Translations under genes and position numbers: made by a program
Assembly: GCF_000181795.1 (NCBI RefSeq)
Contig: NW_003526943.1
Coordinates: forward strand, 560,487-624,486
Reading direction: 5' to 3'
From: Trichinella spiralis
Lineage: Eukaryota
Length of the DNA: 64,000 nt
Shown: piece after piece, positions 27,020-39,229 of the stretch
Position numbering within the stretch: position 1 is the stretch's first letter
How the letters are laid out: every line of letters starts with the position of its first letter
The notes under the pieces: model-generated
The model's database searches: none
The model's input: only the letters and a program-made list of their open reading frames with translations
What the model was told of the DNA's origin: nothing

Positions 27020-27401
27020 TTTTAACGACGAAACTCGATCGCCTGAGCGTTAGTGGACTGTGTCATAATTCACGCGGGAAGTCAACCTTATTTGATCAAC
27101 CAATCGCTGATTAACCCCGTTCGTTTCTGAACGTGATGAGAGAACAAAGCAGTAACAGGTAAACTTTATTGAATATTCGACAACAGACAACGGAATCAAC
27201 AATTCCAGAGAAGTTTACGAGAGTCAGATTGCCAAAATAACGCCACAAGCAAACTACCACGATTTAGACTCACAAGATGATGCACACACACGCACTCTAC
27301 TCTCATACTCTTATTACTTCATCTACCGTAGGTCGCCACCGTAACGATGAGCAGAGGTACTGATTCGCACGAGTCCGTGTGCGGCCAAAGAATTTCCAAC
27401 A
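27020..27401 (-). mobile_element. Putative solo LTR-like element (copy 2, duplicated with the unit)
   Basis: Near-identical to 17814..18195 at the equivalent position. Confidence 0.45.
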
Positions 27402-27406
27402 GTTTT

Positions 27407-27506
27407 ATGTTATATTATATTATATTATATTAATATTATATTATATTATATTATATTATATTATATTATATTATATTATATTATATTATATTATATTATA
27501 TTAAAT
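27407..27506. repeat. (ATATT)n microsatellite abutting the gap
   Basis: Directly visible. Confidence 0.95.
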
Positions 27507-27516
27507 NNNNNNNNNN
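27507..27516. other. Assembly gap (10 N)
   Basis: Run of n characters. Confidence 1.
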
Positions 27517-28977
27517 AACAAAGCGGCTGTCTTTAGCCTTTATCCACACACAATAATTTGTAATTTGAAATCGCCCTGATACACTTTGTTATTTCGTCAC
27601 TGATATGTGTTTATTATTGTTGTTGTTGCTGTTGGGTAGTGAAAAATAAAAATCACTATTTAACTTGTTTTATGTATTGTTTTTTCTGAATTATTACTAT
27701 CGCATTTGATATAACGTCACTTTTGTACAATAAAATAGAGAATAATGATAAAAATTATTTTCGGGAATGCTGATCATGAAGAAGTATAAACTTCACCACA
27801 AATAATATATTTAAATAAACAAAATTTCAAGGAATGACGAAACTCCAACCAGACACAATAAAATCCTGAAATAATATTTCCATTTTTATGTTACGTCACT
27901 ACTATTAAAGTTACTAAATGGAATATTTGAACCAATGAAATGAAAAAATATTACAGCTAATCACAAGGGAAAGATTTGAATCAATGAGCAATTAGACAAG
28001 GAAACCCAATCCGACAAAATCTTGGCGGTCCAGTAAAATAGCGTGGTCAACGACCAATAAGTGAACAGTGGGACTGAAGGGGAACATCCCATTTTTCATT
28101 TATACTATAATTGTTACAGTATTGTAATTTTTCCTTCCTTTTTCTCACGTTTCCAATAATAAAAAAATGTTTATAATTTTTTAGTGAAATGAAAATAAAC
28201 AAATTATGAATTTATTTTATAGATTTCAAAAATATTTACATTTTTTGTGGAAATGCAATTACAGTATTGAAATGTATACTTTTATTTCATTTTGGTCTGA
28301 CTGTATTTGCTAGCTTCGTTGTCGGGGTGTGTAGGTGACGTGTTAAGTGCAGTTTAACCAAGTGTTTAGAAGTTAATCTTTTTTAAACTGACGAATGATT
28401 ATTTCTTTTGCATTTATGTTTTTATAACATGGTGAATTATATTTTTTAATACGTGTTGTGATGTAATATAATTGTTTGACATAGTTTTGAAGATGTGTTA
28501 AATTTTGGTTATTCTAAGTGTTATCAGCTTTTTAATCAGAATCATTATCAGCTCATTTATCAGTTATTATTTAAGCTTTTATCATTTAATAGTAAATATT
28601 CATCGTGTCCAAATGATATTAATAATTCTGACGCATCAAAAATTTATTTTGTGATTAATGGCAAATATTGTAGTCGATAATTAGTTTTCCAAATGTAAGT
28701 ATAAAGCAAAATAAATAAATGAAATTTCAGTTTGTTAATGAGGATTATTCGAATACTGTCAGTGTGTGGAAAGTATTATAGTTGTAGTTTTCATGAATGA
28801 AATGCTTTATTTATCGAAAACTTTTGATCCTTGTTGCATTCCAACTTTTGTTGATGTTAACAGTTCACTTTTTTATACCGTTTCGCATCGGTCTTGTTGT
28901 ATTTTGATTAGTCTTTTTTTTGAAAAATGAAGTCTAATCTTTTGTTTTAAATTTTTGTTACTTTTATAGATTTTGCG

Positions 28978-31900
28978 ATGAATCGGAAGCGAAGAAATGA
29001 AAGTTCTGACGGAGAAAATGATTCTGTGATCTTCTTTAAAGGCCTTACCAGTCGTATGTTTGTGGCGAGAACCGAAAGGGAACTAAAACACTGCTTTCAT
29101 GTGGTTAGCCGATGGAAGGCGCTATATAACGAAACACCCGTGGAATTCATTCCCGAAGGGAAACAAAGACGAAGTATCCCGGTGAAGAGGAACGAAATGT
29201 TTTCCGTTACACCGGGCAGTGTTAGAACGACCCTGCGAAGGTAAAGCAGAAGAGTAAATGTCCAGTTGATCATATAATGTTTGCGAAGAGATATGTTTTT
29301 TCGAATTAATATAATTAGTTAACTTTAAAATCAATAGCATAATCTCCATTAGCATAATGCGTAGTGCGGCATAGCATAATACATTAATTTTTTTATTTCT
29401 ACACTATTATTTTGAGTTGTGCTGTAGTTTCGAAGTGATTGCTAGGCCACTTTTGTATCAGTGATCGACGATTTAATCATTAAAATTTATTAAATACTTA
29501 AGTTTGAAATATATGAGATTAACCGTCTAGGTTAAATGGTCTGCTTTAGACTTAGCTTAAATGGTTTTTGAACATAGCCTTTAACAGACTGAAAATCAGA
29601 ATGAAATATGATTGATATAAAATTGAATTGTCTAAATCATGCTTGTTTTATGATAATTATATTAACTTGTAATTTATCTCTTCATTATTTTGTGCATCAT
29701 ATTTACAATGAAAGTGCAGATTATAGATGTAAACTTAATTTTTCCTGTTTTAAAATTTGAATGACATGTTTACATTAGTTTATCATGTGAAATTTTAGAA
29801 ACTTTATCACATTATTACTAATTCTTAAAATGTTTATCATTGCGGTTCATTAATTTTTGATCTTATTTAAAATGTACTTACTGTGTGTGTCACTGTGATA
29901 TATGTTTCTGTTGATTTTAGTACCCGCGAAGATGGAAGTGAATTTTATTTGCGATGTGCAATGTCAATAGGTGATTTCGTCTTTTTAAGAAAGATGAGTT
30001 TGCAGTTCGGTAAAATTGAATTTTTTCAATTTTTTGTGTTTTTGTAAAAATTAAAAAAAATGTTCATAAAGTTTCAAGAATTTAAAAAAACGTTAAATCT
30101 CAATTACATTTCACCGTCTTCTGTATCTTTTAATATTTTAAAACATTTTTACGTGTGAATTTTAAAAGTTATTTTTATAAATGATTGTAATATGAATATA
30201 AATATATTTAAAAATAATTAAAATTATTTTATTCAGATTCATTACTTAAAACTGTAATTTGTGTGAAAGTTTCAAGTTTGTGTGAATATTGAAAAGTTTG
30301 AAATTTGACTTTTTAGTTTTAATGTGAATTTTATTTTGCAAAGCAACATTTTTTTATGAAGATGCGAATAGAACGTAGAAGGGATTGCAAGATTTGCATT
30401 TTAATTATATATTTTTAAAATGTTAATAAAGCTTCGCAGGTCAAGTGAAATTTCAACTTCAAACGGTTAAGTGGAGTACAAAATGAACCCCATACATTTT
30501 TTAATTGCATCGCTTTTTTTGAAAAACAAATGATTTTTATTCATTTTCTGAATATAAATGATTATAATTGTCAGAAAATCAAATTAAATTAGTTCAGGCA
30601 TGATTTCTATAAATTTTACATCTATGCAATGTTTCTCTAATTGCATGCTGTCTGCATACCCATAGGAGCATGGGAAATCTGTTTTCTGGTAATTATTTTT
30701 TGGGCAGATGCTACATATATCACGCTTTCTTCCAGTCGAAGATGAGGACTGTTCTTTTTCTCTGAGCTGTTCACGGGTGATTCCAAATGTTCGTGCAGCC
30801 CTCAGAACATTGCATGGTAGATTTGTGATTGTGTTGATTCTGTGCTGGACATGCGGTCGCACCAATGCAGGCGCCAATTGCTGCAGAAACATCCGTCTGG
30901 TGTCTTTTCTCATTTCCATCCAGTTAGAATGCATGAAAGTCCGTATAACGTGAACATTCAATGCTGCAGTGTCCAGGATGTTCATGAACGGCCAGAGTGG
31001 CCATCGACGAGTTATCCTGCTGCATGTACACTCCCGAATTATCTGGTCGGCAATGTCTACTTTGTATTGGGTTTTGTTGTAATGATGATTCCAGGTATTG
31101 TTTTTTGGGTGGCTGTGACTTAATTTCCAAATATTGGTGAAAAGTCCAGATCACGGAAGATTAGGTGGGAAGCAAGAATACAAAACCGCTATAATTCCTG
31201 ATCTACTAATTATATGGGCTTGCGGAAAAGTTCATATCGTGTAGAATTGTATAAAATTCAGCTATAGAAAAATCCGGCCTAAAACAAAGCAGTGCGGCAG
31301 AGATAATTGCCAAAAACAGCGGTGGGGTCCAAAATGTACCTTACTTGACCTGCGAAGGGTTAAATCTGTACTTGATTGTTGTAATCAGTGTTTGTATTAA
31401 ATAGAAATGCATTTACTGAATTTTGTGATAGATGTGATAGTTGGTAGTTACAGAAAGATTACATTTACTACAGCACTAAATCCGAAATTGACTAATCCAA
31501 ATGAAGCGATAAAATTTTTTGTTAATTTATCAGTGCTTTTAATAATGATTAGCGTCTTGATTATTTTAAATTATGGTTCGGTTTTTTTTTTCTTATATAG
31601 ACGCGGAGTTTTCGAGAAACGATTTGTTGTTGTGGTTTTACCAGTTTGAGAGTCTGAATGATCGATCGCCATCAAAGTTGGAAAAGCTGGTGTGTGATGT
31701 TTGTCGATTGGTAATTTTGAATTTTTTTTAAATTAATTTTGAAGAAGTGTGAAGTGAATGTTTTTTTGGTGTCTGCTGCATTTGAAAAATGATTTGTGAT
31801 TAATTTTTTGGTTTTTTGGGATATTCAGTTCAACATTTTTGTTCATTTTTATAGGGAACGTCTAAGGAGTTGAATGAAATTGTTGTTTGCCATAACTGTG

Positions 31901-33220
31901 AAAACGCCGTCCATCAGGCTTGCTATGGGATTGTCAGTCTGCCGGAAGGGAACTGGACGTGCAATCGATGCATTTATATGCAAAGAACTGGGGTAATGCC
32001 GTCGTGCGTCCTTTGTCCCACGGAGACTGGCTTGATGAAATCCGATGCCAGTGGAACCACATGGCTTCACATGAGTTGTGCTCTTTGGATTCCTGGCATC
32101 AGTTTTGGCAACAACGAAACTATGGAATCTATCACTGGAGTAGAGAAAGCGTTGAAAAGAATGTCATCTTTGGCGAAAGTCTGTTGCTCTTTTTATTATT
32201 CTTTGATATTTAAAATAATTTGTATTTGTAATTTTATTATTATTATTATTATTAATTCTAGAAAAATAAGAAGCAGATGTGTTGCAGCATTTGTAACTCC
32301 TCGTTCGGTGCTTCCATCAAGTGCCAAAACAAACGATGCTCAACACGTTTTCACGTGACATGCGCATCGAATGGAAATGCTTTTATGCGTTTTAATGTAA
32401 ATTCCGAAAATTCAGATCAAGTGTTTTTTGAGGTAAGTTTTTGCTTTTTGCTATTTGTATTCAAAAGCGAATTACATACATGCATAAATATGTTTGTTTG
32501 TATATATTTTATTATTTGATTTTCATTTTACTGGCATTGTTTTTGTTATGATGCAATTGCAGATTTACTGTAATGCGCATGCTCCTGTCGAGCAGAAAGA
32601 TTCCACGGATACTGTCGACAACACTGGCAAATCTTCAGAAAATTTTGATCTGCCATCGGCAGAGGACTCTCCTGCTTTAAAAAATAAAACCAAAGCAGAA
32701 ATTTCGGTTATCAAAGAGCAATTTCGACTTTACTGGCTTGTCAAACGCAAACAGGTGATTTTTGGTATTCATAATTACTTATATTTGTGACATTTATTTT
32801 TTTTAATCATTCAGATGAACACGACAGAGCCATTTGTTCAAGTGATGCGTGCAGCTGAATTGAATAACAGTGGCTTCGACAGGACGCTCAAACTGAGCAA
32901 CAGGAAGAAATTTCTTACCGACAGGGGCAAGAAGGTATGTTTGTTATAGTTATGTATATATTTTTTTCAGCTATTTTAATATTAAATTAATAGATTATAT
33001 TCAAAATAAAAGTAGCTGTCAGATTGTTTGTTAATTTTTTTTTCATCTAATTGTTTACTTTTTAAAGGATGAAGCAAAACGTGTACCAATCTGGTCCGAT
33101 GATGATGAGATTTGTGACAAGAAAGACGAAGACGAAGTGGTTCATACAGGGATGCGACTTCGTTCTAGTCGTCGCTCCAAATCGATGGGACCATCGTTCT
33201 ATTATAAACGAGATAACTAG
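28978..33220 (+). CDS. PZP (PHD-Zn knuckle-PHD) protein, Jade/BRPF-like, about 8 exons
   Basis: VCDVCRL|GTSKELNEIVVCHNCENAVHQACYG...WTCNRC, CVLCP, WLHMSCALWIP, CSIC...GASIKC...FHVTCA, YCNAH and LYWLVKRK. Stop TAG at 33218-33220. Confidence 0.85.
30430..31359 (-). mobile_element. Internally deleted piggyBac (PGBD4-like) in an intron of the PZP gene
   Basis: Inverted termini CTTCGCAGGTCAAGT (30432) and ACTTGACCTGCGAAGGG followed by TTAA (31360). Encodes only the C-terminal transposase part: DQIIRECTCSRITRRWPLWPFMNILDTAALN...CSICPK. Confidence 0.88.
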
Positions 33221-33577
33221 CTCAAATAAACGATTAACGTCATGATGATGCATACATGTTCTGTTTCTTATGCATCATTTTCGTTTTATGTTGTTTTTGT
33301 ACAGTGTATAATATTTTTCTTTATGTTTCATTTGCTTTAAACAATTATGCTGTTGTTGGTTTTGTTAATGAATGGTTTTGTTGTTTTTCTTATTGTTTTC
33401 TTGTTAATTTCTTTTGTTTCTGTTAATTGTTCTTGTTTCTTACTGTTTGATATTTTGAAAAACGCAAATTTAGAAAATAAAATATTTCAAGCAAAGGAAT
33501 AATAATTTGATAGTGGTTTGATTTTAGTAACTCTTTGAAGAGGAACAAAATATATTAAATGTTATAAATTGATAATA

Positions 33578-35594
33578 CAGTAGAATCACGTTGGCACGTT
33601 CCCGCTTAACACGTCTTCCCTCTTTGGACGCTGGTTTTCTGAAGTCCTGATTCCATTTATGTAACACATGCGTAATAAGTTTCCTGTGATCATCACGCTC
33701 GGAGATCCCCCTTAGCACGTTCAAATTTGTAATGGTGATTGGACTTTGATGACGTAAATGTTTCACTGGGTGTCACTCACGACGGCAATTTGAATGAACG
33801 ATTTTACTGTATATAAATACAACAAAACATGGTACGTGACGAACACAAAGTTGTATTGTTGTCTGTGATAGGTGGCGCTGGCGGCATGAGTATTCCAATT
33901 GGTTGGGTGAAAATTTTCCAGAACTTGAAGAAGTGCTACTAAACAAGTGCGAATCTCGAACCTTCCGGTAGATGGAACCATTGTTCGATCAGAGACAGCC
34001 GAATTAGCACATGTGATTGGAATCGATGATTTCAAAGCATCAAATGGATGGATTAACAGATTTAGACAGATACATGGTCTTGTATACCGCAGTGTACGTG
34101 GTGAAGCCGCTGGCGCTAATGCGTGTACGGTTGGCACATGGAAGGACCGATTGCAAGTTCTGCTTAACGATTACCAACCACCCTGATGACGTTCTTAATG
34201 ACGACGAGATGGGTCTGTTTTACCGTATACTGATTGCCAGACAAAAAAAAACTCTTACCTTCAAAGGTGAAAATTCCACTGTCCTGCTGTGCTGCAATGA
34301 AAAGGGAACGGAAATGCTACGGCCGCTGGTCATAGGCAGAGCAAAAAATCCGCGATGAATTAATTAAAAATCGTTCGTACCTCTCCGTGTACATATCAGA
34401 AAATTGTAACTCATAGAATGACAATGGCTATTTTTGAATCCTTTTTGCGGATGTTGGATGGCGGAAATGCCGTCGACGAAGAGACAAAAATTTTGCTTTT
34501 CATTGACCAGTGCCCTTCTGTTCATCCCTCTGACACGTCATATTTGAGTGAGTGTGAAGGTAGTCTTCTTTCCATCAAATTGCACGAGTCCCCTTCAGCC
34601 GCTTGATCAAAGCATCGTTCGATGTGTAAAGCAGTGCTAATAGAAAAAGACTTTTGTATGACAGTACGACTGAACCGCACCGTAGGAGCTTCTGAGTTTC
34701 TGACGTCGAACAAAGAGCTCATGAAGCTTCGGAGAGGTTCATTTGACTGCGCTTGCGACGGTTAAATGTACATCGTGAAATTGCACGACAACGCAGTGGC
34801 CAATAACTGGCAGACTCATAGCCCACTTCACACAGTTAAAACAGCGGGTGGCATGTCAACGAATGGGTGTGAAGCAGCCACATCTCATACAAGCTTATAA
34901 CAGTGGAATGGGCGGTGTAGATCTGCTCGACAGTTTGGTGGCTGTCTACCGTCCTACCATCAGAGGGAAGAAGTGGTACTGGCCACTGTTTGCAAATGCC
35001 ATCTGCCTGGGGCATACATTGCAGGGTAGAGCAGTGACCTTTGTCACATTTAGAATTCCAACGGCAGGTGACAATGTTTGCTGCAAGCAGAAATGCCTGA
35101 CCATGAAGTTCGGCAGCGTTGAGCCCCAACTGGGAAGATGTCTCATCTCCCTCATATACGGTTGGACGGGATCAAGCACACACTTTGTAAATGTTCACAA
35201 GGGAGATGTAAAGTGTGCAGGAAGAATACCAAGAATATATGTAGCAAATGTAATGTTCAGTTGCATGCCGAAAGAGGAAAAGAGTGTTTCCAAATGTATC
35301 ATCGTCCATAATAAGGCGTATTCGCTTTGTTTTATAAAACAATAAATTGTTATAATCCCAAGAGTTGTTAAACTTAGATTATTCATTATTTACGGCTAAT
35401 GCTGCATGAGAAAGACGACTCATAGAAACTCAAATGACGGACACGGACCTCCCACTGTTCCTTAAATGGAACATCTCATATCTCTAGCTACAAAACATGT
35501 GAAGGTTTTCTGTCTTGAAAATATCTTAGTTAAGACCGCTTAGCACGTCCGTTTTATCAAGCCCCCAGATGAGCGTACTAACGGGATTCTACTG
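33578..35594 (+). mobile_element. pogo/Tigger-family DNA transposon, decayed and composite
   Basis: TA|CAGTAGAATCACGTT ... AACGGGATTCTACTG|TA termini. CENP-B-type HTH (FKASNGWINRFRQIHGL) and DDE_1 pieces (NDDEMGLFYR, LRPLVIGRAKNPR, ILLFIDQCPSVH, PLDQSIV), with frameshifts. Confidence 0.9.
34640..35530 (+). mobile_element. piggyBac (PGBD2/3-like) 3' fragment nested in the pogo element
   Basis: TVRLNR, RGSFD, HDNAV, YNSGMGGVDLLD...YRPTIRGKKWYWPLF and CKVC...CSKCNVQLH...CFQMYH motifs. 16-bp imperfect palindrome at 35457-35472. Confidence 0.85.
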
Positions 35595-36149
35595 TATATT
35601 TGGTCTGCAATCTGGTTGGTTAACCAGATTTCACGTTAACGTTCGTTTCGTCCGTACAACAAACGATTGTAACCACTGATTAATTTATTGAATTTTCACA
35701 TGAACCCGCATGAAATATGATGCAATCCGTCATTTTCAGAAGTGAAGTAAAGTGAATAAATATATATAATAAATAAAATGAATACAATCGTCAGCTTAGA
35801 TTCCCAGCCAACGTTAAAGAAATTCACACACTACGCCAATAATATAATAAAAAGGAAACTGTAAAAATGAAAGTAAATGAATAAATAACAGGTAAAACAA
35901 AGCATTCTGTTGTTATTAATGAAAATTTGCCTGTTCAGGCCAAACAGATCAAGCAAAAAAAGCAGAAACCGATAAAGACAATTAATTCAATTAATTGATG
36001 ATGGTGATGAGCTGCTCGAACCAGTCGCAGATTATATATAACGACACAGGTAAAAAAACTGCTGCCGCAAAAATGTAAAAAAGTTCTTTTAAAATCATTA
36101 AAAATATTACAAAATTTTTAAATTTGTATACATTTTTTTTCTTTTCTTT

Positions 36150-39100
36150 TCAATAATCCTCCTGTTTGCTGCGTAAACTGAAATCAAGCAAAAGCAACTT
36201 TGTATCTTCAGTTCCATTTCTCGAACCCACGGCGCAAATCAACGACGTCGACGTAGCCCGCAGACGCCATATGCAACCACCAGCCCCACCACTGGGCAGT
36301 CGTATCAAATCGCGTATAAATTCACCTGACAAAATGAAGTACATCTTTACCAAAGGAGGATAATGAGAAAAAATGGAAATAAATGAAATCATACCATTGA
36401 TCGCGTCCCAAAGTTTTACACAGCCGTCATCTGAGGAAGAGACCACCAAACCGTTGGGCAAAAATTGCAAACTGGTCACAGCGGAATGGTGTCGATTTGG
36501 ACCAGAAAGCGTATGCAGACAAAATCCGCTGCTTATGTTCCAAACTTTGATCGTGGAATCCGCATTACCACTGACCAGTATATTGCCACGCAACTGCATA
36601 CCGGACGTGAGCGACTGGTGTCCGACTAGCGTATAAATGCATCTTCCGTTGACAATTTCCCAAACTTTAATCGAAGTATCCAACGAACCTGAGATCACGA
36701 GGTCACGTTCACTGTCAAACTGCAAACAACAATACCAATCAAGTGCAACTATTTTCGTTATTTTACAAACTGCAAAAAGGAATACCTGCAAGGAATAAAC
36801 TCGATTCGTATGGCCAAGCAAAGTGTGCACAGGAAGATCAGATGGAGTACTAATATCCCACACCTTGATTGTGTAATCATAAGCGCCCGAGACCACACGC
36901 TTTCCATCGAATTGAACACAACGGACAGCGGCCAAGTGTCCATAAAAAACGCGAATACATTCACCAGTATCAATATTCCAAACACGCAAATTTGAATCCC
37001 GGCTTCCGCTTACAAGTCTGCAATAAAAAAATAATTAAACTGAAGGAGAAAAAAAATACAGATTATTTTGTTCACAATTACATGTTCCCTTTCAAAGCCA
37101 AACAACGGACAGTGGATGTGTGGCCATAGAGCGTGTGAATGCATTCACCAGTTTCACTATCCCACACTTTCACTGTTCGATCCGTAGAACCGCTGACAAT
37201 ACGACTGCCATCTTCGGACACTTGACTGGACCATACTCCACCAGAATGGCCAGTCAAAGTCAACAGACACTGAAAACGTACGACAACAGTTGTATCCGAT
37301 GCGACAGTGGGATTAAATATTACCTTGCCGGTAGCGGTGCACCAAACTTTCAAAGTATCGTCGTCAGATCCGCTAACTATGCGACCATTCCAAACTTGCA
37401 AACAAGTAATCACATGTTCATCATGTCCTCGTAGGAACAGTTCTCGAATAGGTGAACCACGGCGCCAATTTAATTCCACAGCGCAATGACGCAAATAGCA
37501 ACGCTTCCACAGACAAGAAGAATTCGAAGAGCTTTTGCTTACTGGAATTTCTTCACGCTCCGGTACAAAGACGTTCATTCGCTGGCATATATTTTTCCAA
37601 AGATAATGATCTTCAGTCAACGCTCGCCAACTTTTGCAAGTCAGCGACGCAGTCAACAAATCTTGTGGAGGAAGAAAACTCAGAATATACAACGATACCT
37701 AAAAAACGACAAAAAATAAAATACAATAAACTCTTAAACAACCAACTTCTGTACAAGGAAAAAACATTCTTTTGTGAAGAAAGCTAATATTTACAATTAT
37801 TTCAAATTTCGATAAAAATCAAATAATAATAAGCATTAAAAAATTGAATAAAATTTACAATTAACAAAATTTACAACTAAAATAAATATTTTTTAATCAT
37901 TAAATATCTAGTTATTTTAAAAAACAATCTACTTTCCATACAATTTCACTATCGAAAATCAAACAGCAACAATCTTTGCTTTTCATTGTCTAACAACAAC
38001 ATTTAGTAAATGAAAAATGTGCAGCAGTAACCAGAATAGCTTTCATAAACTTTATTTTCACTCAATCTAACTTGAACAACTACAAATCCATTAACTTCAT
38101 ATTACATACATAACAAAGCCCAATCATACTGTATAGGTGACTATTAAAAGCAGTAGAATAACACCTATATTTCACATTAAAAAATTTCTACAGAAAGAAC
38201 AAATTTGTAACACTGACCACATTTGAAATAACTGCTTAAATGAACTAATAATAAAAAGTTTACTTTTAATGAAACAATAATTCAACATTCCACAAGTAAA
38301 ATTAAAAGCACAATGACTTCCATCAAAACATGTGAAAAGTTTAGCTAATTTCAACATCAATAAGCGTGAACTTTCAAGTCATCTTAGAGTAAATCAATAA
38401 ATATGCAAGTAAATGTTTGCCTACGAATGCTTACAAATATGAGATTTTCATTATCAGAAAGTTAAAAATTAAAGGAAAATCTGATTTACAAAAATGTATT
38501 AAATAACAAGATGAAATAAAATAAAAAATTAATATTCAATAATAATAGCAATAATAAATATTGCAAAATTAACAGCTACTCAAAAAGCAGTATGTGAAAG
38601 CAATGATCAAAAAAAACTTACGTCAGCTGGTAGAAGAGATATAAAATCACGCTGAAAGTAGGGTTGAATCGTATCGTGTAAATTACGAAGTTCATTAAGA
38701 TCACAATTCTTTACTAACTCGCTCAATGCAAGTGATTTGTCACTCACAGATAATTCCTACAGAAGATTACCATGATAAACTGAAATAAAAACATACAAAA
38801 CCATACTTGAAACTGTTTAATCCAATGAACCACTACAGGAACTGCAGCTTTATCGTGTGTTTGCGTTATAGACTGCACAGCTGGTGCAGCCTTATTTTCG
38901 AAAGCGGTACCCTGCTCCCGCTGGAAGTCAATTCTAAAAAAAATCGGTTAAAGCAAACAAATGGTAAAAAGCTGCTTACTCTGAAAATGAATTCTGGCAA
39001 GTATTTTTCTCATCATAAGAACCGTTTGATGCAAGACACGTTCGTTTCACCTAAAATTTACATTTATAGAAGTGAAAAACAAACAAAAAGTATCAACAAC

Positions 39101-39229
39101 TGAGACAATAACCTTTGCTTTGGATGGATCAAGAACATTTTCCGACTGTTCTGGAGTATCAAATGGCGCACTTCCAGTCGTTAAGAATGGGTAATTGCAA
39201 TTATCAGGTTCAAGATAATTAAAAGACAT
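36150..39229 (-). CDS. FBXW7: F-box/WD40 protein FBXW7 (sel-10/archipelago/Cdc4 orthologue)
   Basis: [14 protein letters not shown]-box entry, [41 protein letters not shown] and C-terminal [18 protein letters not shown]. The three phosphodegron-binding arginines are present. Start codon tentative. Confidence 0.93.

Larger units (their letters stand above)
23226..27506 (+). repeat. Segmental duplication unit 2
   Basis: Collinear with 14005..18315. Ends in (ATATT)n at the assembly gap. Confidence 0.95.
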
